This document shows positions 54,021 through 64,000 of a DNA stretch of 64,000 nt, in pieces (position 1 is the stretch's first letter; every line of letters begins with the position of its first letter). The stretch covers positions 32,001 to 96,000 of the forward strand of contig CAWBGA010000008.1 of the NCBI GenBank assembly GCA_963788195.1. The letters run 5' to 3'. The notes below the pieces were generated by a model, which saw only the letters and a program-made list of their open reading frames with translations, was not told where the DNA came from and did not search any database. The DNA comes from Nitrospirota bacterium (GTDB taxonomy: Bacteria; Nitrospirota; Nitrospiria; Nitrospirales; NS-4). Made by a program: the position numbers and the translations under genes.

Positions 54021-54332
54021 CTACTGTGGGCGCACTTCCAGATTATTTTTGACCTCTTTGACGCCCTCCACACCACGGGCAACTTCGGTTGCCCGGCGCT
54101 TATCCTCAGCGCTCCGGACAATTCCCGTCAGATGCACTGTCTTATCGACAGTCTTGACATTGACTTCTGTCAACGTGCCGGCCCTTTCAGCTGCCATCTT
54201 AGTCTTTACCGCTGAAGTGATGCCGGTGTCGGTCAGGTGCTCTGCTGTTGTCTCGCCAGTCATCGACTGGCATCCAGCAGCGACGAACATAAATATCACC
54301 GCAACCGCGAAATGAGTTAACGATCGGAACAT
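54021..54332 (-). CDS. BON-domain lipoprotein
   Basis: Lipobox AAGC, then DTGITSAVK, VNVKT..VHLTG and VEGVKEVKNNL. Confidence 0.9.
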   Translation of the reverse strand: MFRSLTHFAVAVIFMFVAAGCQSMTGETTAEHLTDTGITSAVKTKMAAERAGTLTEVNVKTVDKTVHLTGIVRSAEDKRRATEVARGVEGVKEVKNNLEVRPQ

Positions 54333-54525
54333 TCAGGCCTCCTTGGGAAAAAGTTGATAATCAAAAAGAGGCTAGCTTTTGAAGGATAGGCAGTCGATAC
54401 CACGAAGGTGGGGCGAAGTATGCGACGGTGTGAAAACCTCCGCTAAATTGGGCTCGACACAACCTCCACTGAATCGATAAATTTGTCCATTGCATCTAGC
54501 TGACCGCGGGAGCATTCTTCGGTCA

Positions 54526-54690
54526 ATGGAAATAATCCTACCACCCGTTCTTTTTACCGTCTTGACATGGGGGGTCGTCAGTCTGGCCGTCGTACGAGAA
54601 AACCGCCGCGAACGCGAACGCCAAGTTCTGCTCAATACTCCCCGCCGATCCTATGCCGCTACATCCCCAGCAGAAACGAAGGCCGCCTAA
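54526..54690 (+). CDS. Possible small single-pass membrane protein
   Basis: MEIILPPVLFTVLTWGVVSLAVV followed by a charged tail. Confidence 0.4.
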   Translation: MEIILPPVLFTVLTWGVVSLAVVRENRRERERQVLLNTPRRSYAATSPAETKAA

Positions 54691-54800
54691 CCGACCGGTT
54701 TCAGTTTCACCCTGATCCTTGGTCTCGCCCGATTCTGCATAAGGCCCACCGTATGTGAAGCTTCTCGTGAGAAGTAGGAACTGGCGTCTATAACGGAACG

Positions 54801-54878
54801 TGGGGTGGGTAAGGGGTTTCGAACCCCCGACCTCCGGATCCACAATCCGGCGCTCTAACCAACTGAGCTATACCCACC
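54801..54878 (-). tRNA. tRNA-His (GUG)
   Basis: GGTGGGTATAGCTCAGTTGGTTAGAGCGCCGGATTGTGGATCCGGAGGTCGGGGGTTCGAAACCCCTTACCCACCCCA, with G-1:C73 and an encoded CCA. Confidence 0.97.
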
Positions 54879-54964
54879 ATTTCAGGAAGTTCACTGGGAA
54901 GGAAAGAATAATATCAAAACGCTGCCGTCAGGCGCAACCGCCAAGCAGAGCTTGCTCGACGTTG

Positions 54965-55297
54965 CACCCAGCCCACCCCCGAGCTTGCCAAGACAAGCTC
55001 GTTTTCCCGTGCAGGCCTGATGATTATATAAGGCCGCCGGGGAAGTAATGAATCTTTTCATCTTCACACTTTCCTGTCCAAAGATTGCCAAGACACGCTC
55101 CGCTTTTGGATGTCAGCCGCCCACTACACCCTCCCGTCCCCGGACGCCATTTCACCCACCCAGCCCCGCGGCTGCCGAGACAGCCGCTGTTCCCGTGAGA
55201 CGCGTCCTGTTCCCGTGGCCTGGAATCTGCCGGGACAGATTTCTTTGCCATTACACCCGCCCACCCTGAAATCTGCCGGGACAGATTTCTTTGCCCC
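54965..55297. repeat. Cluster of family B repeat modules
   Basis: CCCCCGAGCTTGCCAAGACAAGCTCGTTTTCCCGT is a near reverse complement of about 6685-6720. Two AATCTGCCGGGACAGATTTCTTTGCC copies lie 46 bp apart (55224 and 55270). Confidence 0.85.
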
Positions 55298-55999
55298 TCA
55301 TCTGCAGGCGGCGGCGATTTCCTCTTGAATTGCGCGCGCGGCGGCGGCGGGGTCTTGTGCGTTGCGGATGGGTCGTCCAACCACCAGATAGTCTGCCCCG
55401 GCAGCCAGAGCGAGGGTCGGCGTTGACACGCTCGCCTGATCATCAGGTGAGGTACCGGCTGGTCGAATGCCCGGCGTCACAAGGAGAGCTTTGTTGCCGA
55501 CCGTCATCCGGATTATTTCCAGTTGAATGCCTGACGCGATGAGGCCGTCCGCACCACAGGCAGTTGCCAGCCGCGCCCGTCGAAGGACGGCATTCGGCAT
55601 TGATTCCGGAATGCCAAGTTCTTCCAGATCGGAGTCTACAAAATTGGTCAGAATCGTCACCGCGAGAATCTTCAACTGGCTGGCTCCTCGGCCTTCCACG
55701 GCAGCGCGAACCGTTTTGCTGCCGGTGTGTGTCGTGATGAATCTCACCCCAAGCTCCGCCGCCGCCGCGGTGGCTCGCTTCACGGTTTCACCAATATCGA
55801 AGAGTTTGAGATCAAGAAAAACTTGCTTACCATTCTGAATCGCCCATCGCGCAATGTCCGGACCCGCCGCCGTAAACAGCTCAAGCCCGATTTTCACGAA
55901 AGCTATCTCCTGACCTACCCGGTCTACCAGTCGCTTTGCCTCATCGGCCGAAGCCACATCCAGCGCCAGTATCAGTCTGTCGCGCGAATTAACGTCCAT
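55298..55999 (-). CDS. pyrF: Orotidine-5'-phosphate decarboxylase
   Basis: LALD, VKIG, FLDLKLFDIGET, VTPGIR and VVGRPI. Confidence 0.96.
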   Translation of the reverse strand: MDVNSRDRLILALDVASADEAKRLVDRVGQEIAFVKIGLELFTAAGPDIARWAIQNGKQVFLDLKLFDIGETVKRATAAAAELGVRFITTHTGSKTVRAAVEGRGASQLKILAVTILTNFVDSDLEELGIPESMPNAVLRRARLATACGADGLIASGIQLEIIRMTVGNKALLVTPGIRPAGTSPDDQASVSTPTLALAAGADYLVVGRPIRNAQDPAAAARAIQEEIAAACR

Positions 56000-56070
56000 G
56001 TCGGTGTTTTCTTGACTTCAATCAACCCCCTATGTTACGGATCGTGCTTCGTCTCATTGAGGAACGCGTC

Positions 56071-56343
56071 ATGCCAGTTGTGCACAAGAATGTATTTAAA
56101 GCCGCCCGCCAGTCCGAGAAGCGACGCCTTCGGAACCGTTCTGTGCAATCCGGCGTGAAAAACCTTGTCAAGAAGTTCCAAAGCGCCGTGGAATCCCAGA
56201 ACACCGAAGAGGCAACCGGCACGCTCCGCGAGGCCGTACGCGGACTGGCGAAAGCCGCATCCAAAGGCATCATCCATAGAAATACGGCGTCGCGGCGGAT
56301 CTCCCGGCTCACCGCTCAAGCACGGAAGCTGGCGCAGAAGTAA
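56071..56343 (+). CDS. rpsT: 30S ribosomal protein S20
   Basis: RQSEKRRLRNR...KAASKGIIHRNTASRRISRL. Confidence 0.95.
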   Translation: MPVVHKNVFKAARQSEKRRLRNRSVQSGVKNLVKKFQSAVESQNTEEATGTLREAVRGLAKAASKGIIHRNTASRRISRLTAQARKLAQK

Positions 56344-57406
56344 CGCGCCTACGACTCCGGCACAGGTTCAGTACAAGTCGCTCCATCACCAGACGTTCAC
56401 CGACACGCCCCCCGCCACCCTTCAAGTTGGAATCGGCTTCGCGGAACGCCTCAAAACAGCGCGCCAGTTCGTCTTCGGAAAATACCTTTGCTTGTTCCAC
56501 CAGGCCACGCACCCGAAACGGAGGAACACCAAGGATTCGGGCTAATCCGACCTCCGGCACTCGACGGTTGAGCTGCTCGCGGGTCTTCCAGACCTGCCTC
56601 CATTGATAGGCCAACAGCCCAACCAACCGGAGCGGTGGCTCGCCGGCATCAAGGATTTTCCCCAAGGCTCGTAAAGAAGCTTCCCGATCCTTGCGGGCGA
56701 GTCCGTTCAAAACATCCCAAACAGTCCCTCCGGTGTCCGCGCCGCGCACGGCTTCGACGTCGGCTGCCGTCACGCGCGTGGTCGGATGAAGGTAGTCGAC
56801 GAGTTTCTCAAGCTCTCTACGCAGAATGGCAAGATTCCCTGCGCTGGCACTGTGAAGAGCCTCGCACGCGGCGCCCTCGACACGAAGGCCGAGGGTTTTG
56901 GCCTGCTCAGAAATCCACTCCGAAAGAAACCTGGGATCCAGGGGGGAACAGTCTACAACCACCGCCACGGCCTTGAGAGTCTTAAAGAAATTCAGCCGCC
57001 CGTCAACTTTTTCACCGCTAAGCACCAGACAGGTCGTCTCAACAGGGGTTTTCAGATACGGCAACAGACGCTCTGTTTCGCGGGCCCGCAACCCCCCTAC
57101 CTCGCGAATGATCACCAACCGCCGAGGAGCGAAAGCCGGCAGAGTATCGCAGCGATTTAGCACATCAAGCGCGTCTGTCTCATCCCCATAGAGAAGATCA
57201 TAATTGAACCCCCCACCCACATCGTCTTCGACCAGTACCGCGCGACGAATCATCGCCAGCGCTGCATCGCGCAGAAACGACTCCTCCCCGAGCAGTAAAT
57301 AGATCGGGGACACTTTGCCTGAATCCAGCAGCCGTGCCAGATCCGACACGGCTAGGCCATCGGCTCGCCCATCTCGCCGCGTCTTCCCCAGCTCACCTGC
57401 TGCCAT
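56309..57406 (-). CDS. holA: DNA polymerase III delta subunit
   Basis: PIYLLLGEESFL, TLPAFAPRRLV, ELEKL and DSNLKG, in leuS-lptE-holA synteny. Confidence 0.92.
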   Translation of the reverse strand: MAAGELGKTRRDGRADGLAVSDLARLLDSGKVSPIYLLLGEESFLRDAALAMIRRAVLVEDDVGGGFNYDLLYGDETDALDVLNRCDTLPAFAPRRLVIIREVGGLRARETERLLPYLKTPVETTCLVLSGEKVDGRLNFFKTLKAVAVVVDCSPLDPRFLSEWISEQAKTLGLRVEGAACEALHSASAGNLAILRRELEKLVDYLHPTTRVTAADVEAVRGADTGGTVWDVLNGLARKDREASLRALGKILDAGEPPLRLVGLLAYQWRQVWKTREQLNRRVPEVGLARILGVPPFRVRGLVEQAKVFSEDELARCFEAFREADSNLKGGGGRVGERLVMERLVLNLCRSRRRVTSAPASVLER

Positions 57407-58076
57407 AGTCCTCCAGCACTCTCGACACGATGTTCTCTGCTATCATTTGTGCGGCCTCTTCAGTGGCGCGATCCTGTCGAGATCGGTTCGTGGCGAGGTC
57501 TGCGGTCACGAAGAACTCAGCGTGGGCGGTATAGGTCTCCGACCATAGGATCTTCTTGGTGCCGGTCTCCTTCATCACTACGCTGGCGATTAGCACCACC
57601 CGAGACTCATTGACCTGTCCCCGTCGAAACGACATGATCTGGAGCCCGTAGCCGTTGATCCGCCCGGCGAGTACCAACGGCGCGCTATTGACGTCGTTCA
57701 CGAGAGTCAGGCCATCGGCCTGAAGAAATTGGCGACGGACCATCTCTGTCACACGGCGATCTAATACGGGCTCAAACGTCTCGTTATGGAAGACCGGCAC
57801 GGCCAATGTGACACCGTAGGCTGCCCCAGGTTTCGCGCTAGTTCCGAATTCATACCCACACCCTACGAGGGTCATCAGCAGCGCAAACAGTGCTGCGTTT
57901 TCCATCCACTGCACGACTTTATGCAATTGGGACGTTCTCCCCGTTGTCATGCTGAGCGAAGCGAAGCATCTCAATTGTCCCGCTCGGAACAACCCCAGTA
58001 AAAAAGCTAGATTCTTCTCAGACCTGACCGTCGAATTGAGATCCTTCACTTCGTTCAGGATGACAGCTCTCATCAT
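57393..58076 (-). CDS. lptE: LPS-assembly lipoprotein LptE family; N-terminus contains a palindromic repeat
   Basis: Lipobox [14 protein letters not shown], and position between leuS and holA. Alternative start at about 57905. Confidence 0.8.
   Translation of the reverse strand: MMRAVILNEVKDLNSTVRSEKNLAFLLGLFRAGQLRCFASLSMTTGRTSQLHKVVQWMENAALFALLMTLVGCGYEFGTSAKPGAAYGVTLAVPVFHNETFEPVLDRRVTEMVRRQFLQADGLTLVNDVNSAPLVLAGRINGYGLQIMSFRRGQVNESRVVLIASVVMKETGTKKILWSETYTAHAEFFVTADLATNRSRQDRATEEAAQMIAENIVSRVLEDYGSR
57945..58065. repeat. Palindromic REP/RPE-like element (family C)
   Basis: TGTCATGCTGAGCGAAGCGAAGCATCTC ... GAGATCCTTCACTTCGTTCAGGATGACA form 28-bp imperfect inverted arms. Confidence 0.85.
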
Positions 58077-60673
58077 TCAACCACGATGTTCACCAGCCGC
58101 TTATCGATATAGATCTGCTTCTTAATGGTCTTGCCGCGGATCCACTCCGCCACCTTCTCGTCACCGAGGGCGGCATCGAGCACCTGCGTCTTGGTCCAGT
58201 CCGCAGGAACGACGAGTTTACTGCGAAGCTTACCATTCACCTGCACCGGAATCGTCAAGATATCGGACTTGATCAGGGCCTCGTCATAGTCGGGCCACGG
58301 GACACGCGTCAACATCATATCGTGGCCGGTCCGAGCCCACAGTTCTTCAGACATGTGCGGCGCGAATGGAGACAGCAGAGTCAGCAGCGTGTCGATCGCC
58401 TCCTGAAAGCCCTCGCGCTCCGTCACTGCCTTCCCCTCGGCTTCGAACTTATACAGACCGTTCACAAACTCCATGAGCGCCGCTACCGCGGTATTGAACT
58501 GAAACTCACGGTCAATATCCTCCGTGACCTTCTTGATGGTCCGGTGCGTGAGGCGGCGTAGCTCCGTGACATGAGTGTTTGAAAGTTCGCCTCGAGGCTT
58601 GGTCCCAGCGAAGATTCCCACAAGTCCATTCACGAGTCGCCAGACCCGTCCGAGAAATCGATACGCCCCCTCAACACCCGCGTCGCTCCATTCCAAATCC
58701 TTTTCGGGGGGAGCGGCGAAGAGAGAGAAAACTCGCGCCGTGTCCGCTCCATAGGTATCCACCAGATGTTCTGGGTCGACGATATTCTTTTTCGACTTGG
58801 ACATCTTTTCAACCCGGCCCCGCTCAGCCGGCTGCCCGCAATGTCTGCACTGCCAGCCGCCTTTCTCTGCTTCCACCACGTCGGCTGGAAACAGCCAGCC
58901 ATGCGTCTCGCAGCGATAGGTCTCTTTGCTCACCATGCCCTGCGTGAGGAGACTCGTGAAGGGCTCGTCGGCCTTGGTGAGACCGAGATCGCGAAGCGCC
59001 TTGGTGAAAAACCGGGCATACAGCAGATGCAAGACCGCGTGTTCAATGCCGCCGATGTATTGATCCACCGGCATCCAGTAATCGGCCTTCGCTGGCTCCA
59101 CGGGAAGATGATCATAGTGCGGTGAGCAGTAACGAAGAAAGTACCACGAAGAATCTACGAACGTGTCCATCGTGTCGGTTTCCCGTCGAGCAGGGCCTTG
59201 GCACTTTGGACACGTGGTCCGCAGGAAGGACTCGGCGTGCAACAGCGGCGAAGCGCCCTTGCCGGTGAAGGGGACATCCTTGGGCAATTCCACCGGAAGG
59301 TCCGCCAATGGGACCGGCACGACGCCACAGTTCGTGCAGTACACGATCGGAATCGGTGTTCCCCAGTATCGTTGACGCGAAACTCCCCAGTCCCGGAGGC
59401 GATAGTTCACCATGGGGCGACCGAACCCTTGTTCCCTTATAAATTCGACAAGGCGCGCCTTTGCTTCCGCAACTGAAAGCCCGGAGAACTGACCTGAATT
59501 GACCAAGACACCCGCGGCGTCCTGCTCCTCATATGCCGCCCCGAGATGATCTTCGCGCAGAGTGCGCTCAGGATTCTGAATGACTAGACGGATCGGGATC
59601 TTGTATTTTGATGCAAAATCAAAATCGCGCTGATCATGCGCCGGCACCGCCATAATGGCACCGGTGCCATACTCGTATAGTACAAAGTTCGCGACCCAAA
59701 TCGGGATGCGTTCCTTTGTAAAGGGATTCACGGCGTAGGCGCCGGTAAACACGCCCTCTTTTTCATTATCCAGGGCGGTCCGGAGAACCTTGTCCTGGCG
59801 GCCCACCCGGGCGACGAACTCCCGGACGCTCGGCGCCTGCTCTCGGCCGGCGATCAGTTGTTCCACGACCGGCGACTCGGGAGCCAGGCTCATGAAGGTG
59901 GCGCCGTAAATGGTGTCCTGCCGGGTCGTGAAAATTCGCAGCGCGGCCAGATCGCCGAGCGGCTCCGCCAACGGGAAGTCCACCTCGACGCCGACGCTCT
60001 TGCCGATCCAGTGTCGCTGCATGGAGAGCACCCGTGCGGGCCAGGCAGTAAGCCGATCGCAATCCTTGAGGAGCTCCTCGGCGTAGGCCGTGATCCGGAA
60101 GAACCACTGCTCCAGTTCTTTCTGGACGACTTCCGTCTCACAGCGCCAGCAGCGGCCTTCCTCAACCTGTTCGTTCGCAAGCACCGTCTCGCAGCTCGGG
60201 CACCAGTTGACAGCCGATCGCTTTTTATACGCGAGCCCCTTTTCGAAGAATTTTAAGAACAGCCACTGGTTCCATTTGTAGTAATCCGGCTCGCACGTCG
60301 TGACTTCCCGATCCCAGTCATAGGAGAGTCCAAGCCCTTTCAACTGACTGCGCATGTAGGCGATGTTCTCCCGTGTCCACACATCCGGGTGAACGCCCTG
60401 TTCGATCGCCGCATTTTCAGCCGGAAGGCCGAAGGCGTCCCACCCCATCGGGTGGAGGACGGCATAGCCGCGCATCGTCTTGAAACGGGCGACCACATCG
60501 CCGATCGCATAGACTCGGACGTGTCCCATGTGAATGCGCCCGGATGGATAGGGAAACATCTCCAGGCAGTAGTACTTGGAGCGCAAGGGATCTTCGGACA
60601 CCCGGAAGACCTGCTGGGCCTCCCAGATCTGCTGCCACTTCGCCTCGATCTGATGGTGATCGTAGCTTTCCAT
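58073..60673 (-). CDS. leuS: Leucine--tRNA ligase
   Basis: MFPYPSG, HMGH, RLRDW, RQRYWG and KMSKS. Confidence 0.98.
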   Translation of the reverse strand: MESYDHHQIEAKWQQIWEAQQVFRVSEDPLRSKYYCLEMFPYPSGRIHMGHVRVYAIGDVVARFKTMRGYAVLHPMGWDAFGLPAENAAIEQGVHPDVWTRENIAYMRSQLKGLGLSYDWDREVTTCEPDYYKWNQWLFLKFFEKGLAYKKRSAVNWCPSCETVLANEQVEEGRCWRCETEVVQKELEQWFFRITAYAEELLKDCDRLTAWPARVLSMQRHWIGKSVGVEVDFPLAEPLGDLAALRIFTTRQDTIYGATFMSLAPESPVVEQLIAGREQAPSVREFVARVGRQDKVLRTALDNEKEGVFTGAYAVNPFTKERIPIWVANFVLYEYGTGAIMAVPAHDQRDFDFASKYKIPIRLVIQNPERTLREDHLGAAYEEQDAAGVLVNSGQFSGLSVAEAKARLVEFIREQGFGRPMVNYRLRDWGVSRQRYWGTPIPIVYCTNCGVVPVPLADLPVELPKDVPFTGKGASPLLHAESFLRTTCPKCQGPARRETDTMDTFVDSSWYFLRYCSPHYDHLPVEPAKADYWMPVDQYIGGIEHAVLHLLYARFFTKALRDLGLTKADEPFTSLLTQGMVSKETYRCETHGWLFPADVVEAEKGGWQCRHCGQPAERGRVEKMSKSKKNIVDPEHLVDTYGADTARVFSLFAAPPEKDLEWSDAGVEGAYRFLGRVWRLVNGLVGIFAGTKPRGELSNTHVTELRRLTHRTIKKVTEDIDREFQFNTAVAALMEFVNGLYKFEAEGKAVTEREGFQEAIDTLLTLLSPFAPHMSEELWARTGHDMMLTRVPWPDYDEALIKSDILTIPVQVNGKLRSKLVVPADWTKTQVLDAALGDEKVAEWIRGKTIKKQIYIDKRLVNIVVE

Positions 60674-60741
60674 GTGCGCGAAAATCTAACACAGAATAAG
60701 GGTAGGTGACCACCACCCGCTCCGCTGTTATGCTCTGGCAT

Positions 60742-61656
60742 ATGCGAGTAGCGGTCATAGGCGGCACGGGATTTATAGGGCAGGTAGTTATACGGGCCCT
60801 GCGTGAGCGGGGTGATGCGGTCATAGCGCTTTCGCGCGACATTTTCCGGGCAAAAGAGATCCTGGGTGACGGCATTGAGTTGGTGCACTGGGAAGCGGGC
60901 GGAGGCACTGGCCCGTGGACAAACGAAATTAGCCTGGCAGACGCGGTTGTGAATCTCTCGGGTGAATCGATCTTCGCAAAACGTTGGGACTCGGCTTATA
61001 AAGCCCGCATCTGGCGCTCTCGCGTGGACGGCACGCGGCAGATCGTCGAGGCGATCGGGCGACAGCAACAGCGGCCCAGGATTCTGATCAACGCATCGGC
61101 GATCGGCGTGTATGGCCCAAGGGGGGACGAACCTCTGGATGAGAGCAGCGCCCCGGGCAACGATTTCCTTGCCCAGATGGTGCAGGCCTGGGAGGCGGAA
61201 GCCGCGAAAGCCGAGGCGCTTGGTGTGCGCGTCGTACGCTTGCGCACTGGCGTGGTCCTTGAAAAAAGCGGCGGCGCGTTGGCGCAAATGCTTCCACCCT
61301 TCAAAATGTTTCTCGGAGGATGGATGGGCACTGGCAAACAGTATCTTTCATGGATTCATCGGGATGACATCATGGGAATCATTCTTTACAGCCTCACCCA
61401 TGCCGAAGTTCATGGGCCAGTCAACGCGACCTCGCCGCACGCCGTCACGAACAAGCAATTCAGTCTTGCGTTGGGACGGGCCTTACATCGACCCGTGCTC
61501 CTGCCGGTGCCGGCATTTGCTCTAAAAATAATGCTCGGAGAGACCGCGGAGGCTATTCTTTCCGGGCAGAATGTCGTCCCCAAGGCGATTACAGCTGCCG
61601 GTTATCAGTTCAAGTACCCGGAACTCGACGGGGCGCTGCAGTCGATCCTGCAGTAA
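60742..61656 (+). CDS. TIGR01777-type NAD-dependent epimerase/oxidoreductase
   Basis: GGTGFIG, VVNLSGE, SRVDGT, ASAIGVYG and SWIHRDD. Confidence 0.9.
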   Translation: MRVAVIGGTGFIGQVVIRALRERGDAVIALSRDIFRAKEILGDGIELVHWEAGGGTGPWTNEISLADAVVNLSGESIFAKRWDSAYKARIWRSRVDGTRQIVEAIGRQQQRPRILINASAIGVYGPRGDEPLDESSAPGNDFLAQMVQAWEAEAAKAEALGVRVVRLRTGVVLEKSGGALAQMLPPFKMFLGGWMGTGKQYLSWIHRDDIMGIILYSLTHAEVHGPVNATSPHAVTNKQFSLALGRALHRPVLLPVPAFALKIMLGETAEAILSGQNVVPKAITAAGYQFKYPELDGALQSILQ

Positions 61657-61803
61657 AGACGATCTTTGTTTGGCCGTGACCAAGCTTCACTTATTCAACC
61701 GAGCGGAACGTCAAGTATCCAGCTCATCAGAAGAAGATCAAACACAGCGTTCCTGACGGCGGGAGACTCGAAGAATTGGAAATGCGACATTTGGCCGCGG
61801 CGA

Positions 61804-64000
61804 TTAGCTTCGGTAGAACTGATCTCCTTGCACGTTTTCTGCAAAGGCAGGTGTCGAATAAAGTCCTTCCTCCAAAACTGTGATGGGCGAACGTGGCGGT
61901 GCAGTTTTGCGTAGCAGGGCGATATCCTCTGGCGTCAAGCCGTAATTGTCCAGTATTAGTACATCAAGTTCACGCTCAAGCCTGAGGGCCTCCATACGGT
62001 TCGCAGACAGTGCCATCTTCTCCTTCTCAAAGGTTTGCGTCAGATGCTGCAGCATAGCCGGCGAGATTCGTTTCAACCCTGCTTTCTTTAGCGCGGCAAG
62101 GAATTCATCCACTTGTAATCGCCAGGGTGTTTCCACGGACGGCGGGACTTTAATAATACCTGTCTCATGCAAGACCCATTGAAGGAACTTTGATCGCATC
62201 CCGGCGAAGTCCTGCGCTACTTGAATACATTCTCTGACTCGCGCCTCAATGCTTTCGCGGATGTCCTGTGGCGGTGATACGACAGGGCATTTTTCCATGA
62301 GGAAAGCGACCGGAGTTAGGGTATCGTTGATCATGTGCGGCAGATATATTGAGAGGAACCACCACATGAGAGGAGAGTTTAAGAGCGCCAAAATATAGAG
62401 GTCACCGCTTGGAATTAAGAAGGCCTTATTATTTATATAGTAGCTATTGTTATCTAGGGCAAAGCTGCTATAAGTTTGGATCTCTTGGTAGATGAGCTTC
62501 GGCTCTTCTAACTTCTCGTAGTAGTCGCAAGCCCGAAGCTCCCACCAGAATTTCCCCCGGTCTTCCCTCTTGCGGAGAGCCCTCTCCATTGGTTTGAGGT
62601 GCGCATGCATTGCCGGAAATTCCTTAGCGAACATCTCCTCAGCCATGGCCTCATCATCAGTCATTGTAGCCCAGGGCCAGGCTCGATTCTGACTCGATGG
62701 AATGGCAATGAGCCACTCTTTATCCCATTGTGCTACCCATCGCTGAATGTTTCGTCCCCGGAGCAATTTCTTCATCAGCTCCTCGCACTTCGGTGCTTCA
62801 GCAACCAGCTTATCTCGTGTGGCCTGGTCAAGGAAGAATGCCTCGTTCAGCCCAGTAAGTAGGCCACGGTAGGTGCCGTCACCGACAAATTCTTTCAACA
62901 GAACTCCACTGCATCTGATTTTCTCGAACAAGCGCAACACGTCTGGCGGTTCTAGATACCAACCCACTGTCTTTAGGTAGTTGGTAGGCACTTCGAAGCT
63001 CTTTTTCTCGACAAAGGCGGCTAGCTTGAGATTGTCCAAAGCCTCGCGGGACACCTTGCAGACTCGCAATGTTTTTGGTTCTGGGGTGTCGTCCGGATGA
63101 GGGCGACGGATGAGGGCGATCAACGGGAAGGTTTCTGCATCGGCGAACAGAGAAGCATGTCCAAAGTCCACTAAGAGTTCTGGATGGTATTGTGTTGCTA
63201 GTTCCTTCCTGAGCAACTCCCCATAGTTGGAACGAAGCCATTTATTCAGAATAATGAAACCTAGCCGGCCGCCTGACTTGAGTACATTCAGACCACGCAT
63301 TAACACATAGACATAGATGTCAGCTACGCCCATATAGACGGTGGGGAACGCGCTTTCTAACACTTTTTTAAGAGTGGCGAACGTCCCTTGCCTTACCCAC
63401 GGGGGATTGCCGATAACCGCATCGAAACCTGGCTGATCCAAGTGGTGACCGCCACCGTACCAGACCTCCGGAAATTCCAGTTCCCAATGAAAAAATCGGT
63501 GCTCAGTTGCGGTCCGCTGAATGTCGTGTATCAGCGCCCCTGTTTCAATGCGCTGTTTCCCTCGTTTTATCGTTTGTTTATCGCCGTCAGCATGATGGAG
63601 AGCCTTCAGGGCACCGATATGTCCGAACAGTTCGGCCTGCCATGTGTCCATTAATTGCAAGAAAGGCGCAATCTCCTTACGGGCGTGGTCGAACTTCGCC
63701 TCACTTTCCTGTACCTCCGCCATAGTCGCGTCGGTGAGTTCGCCCACTTCACGTATCAGTTCCGTAGCTTGGAGCATACCAGCAAACCGATTACCAAAGA
63801 GATCGGCGGCTAGTTCACGCTGCACGCTCTCCACGGTGGTGCCGATGACGGTGTTGCCTAGCTTCAGGTGATGGTCTAGGAATGAAAGAGGCGCGCCCAA
63901 CGTAAATGAGTCCAGCCAGAGAGAGAGTTTGGCCAATTCGACGGCCATTGGATTAAGGTCCACTCCATAAATGCACCGTTTCATCACCATCCGTTTAATT
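61804..64000 (-). CDS. Type IIG/Eco57I-like restriction-modification DNA methyltransferase with a C-terminal specificity domain (5' part outside the window)
   Basis: IYGVDLNPMAVELAKLSLWL, FHWELEFPEV, VIGNPPW, GRLGFI and LLNS. Confidence 0.85.
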   Translation of the reverse strand, partial: IKRMVMKRCIYGVDLNPMAVELAKLSLWLDSFTLGAPLSFLDHHLKLGNTVIGTTVESVQRELAADLFGNRFAGMLQATELIREVGELTDATMAEVQESEAKFDHARKEIAPFLQLMDTWQAELFGHIGALKALHHADGDKQTIKRGKQRIETGALIHDIQRTATEHRFFHWELEFPEVWYGGGHHLDQPGFDAVIGNPPWVRQGTFATLKKVLESAFPTVYMGVADIYVYVLMRGLNVLKSGGRLGFIILNKWLRSNYGELLRKELATQYHPELLVDFGHASLFADAETFPLIALIRRPHPDDTPEPKTLRVCKVSREALDNLKLAAFVEKKSFEVPTNYLKTVGWYLEPPDVLRLFEKIRCSGVLLKEFVGDGTYRGLLTGLNEAFFLDQATRDKLVAEAPKCEELMKKLLRGRNIQRWVAQWDKEWLIAIPSSQNRAWPWATMTDDEAMAEEMFAKEFPAMHAHLKPMERALRKREDRGKFWWELRACDYYEKLEEPKLIYQEIQTYSSFALDNNSYYINNKAFLIPSGDLYILALLNSPLMWWFLSIYLPHMINDTLTPVAFLMEKCPVVSPPQDIRESIEARVRECIQVAQDFAGMRSKFLQWVLHETGIIKVPPSVETPWRLQVDEFLAALKKAGLKRISPAMLQHLTQTFEKEKMALSANRMEALRLERELDVLILDNYGLTPEDIALLRKTAPPRSPITVLEEGLYSTPAFAENVQGDQFYRS

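Noticed and set aside
50170..54878. Intact tRNA-His-integrated element
   Set aside because: No direct repeat of the tRNA 3' end was found beyond the integrase, and no phage or conjugation genes are present.
56309..56343. 35-bp convergent overlap of holA and rpsT
   Set aside because: Most simply a short C-terminal extension; tail-to-tail holA/rpsT is a common arrangement.

Overview
A 64-kb window of a GC-rich bacterial chromosome, most likely Nitrospirota, judged from a Nitrospira-type Tat-exported nxrAB and the intergenic repeat style. Left part: housekeeping genes (hemL, pyk, HAD phosphatase, M16 peptidase pair) and an accessory patch (membrane patatin, RelE remnant, PEP-CTERM protein, lysyl-oxidase-like protein). 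Next come a sigma-54 activator and nxrAB with a readable enhancer/IHF/-24-12 promoter, then exported proteins, a monoheme cytochrome and a kinase-receiver-cyclase hybrid. Right part: the usually origin-proximal cluster rpmH-rnpA-yidD-yidC-mnmE-mnmG-rsmG-parAB with two parS sites, three bactofilins, mnmA and the F1 atp genes, but no dnaA. It is followed by a degenerate tyrosine integrase, an islet of small proteins, tRNA-His, pyrF, rpsT, holA-lptE-leuS and a truncated type IIG-like R-M gene. The best lead is an NxrA with His at the substrate-pocket position that is Asn in known NXRs, plus other nearby substitutions. Five genes, including atpG, each carry a +1 frameshift, most likely assembly errors. 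Family assignments and reference comparisons are from motif recognition and memory; no database searches were run.
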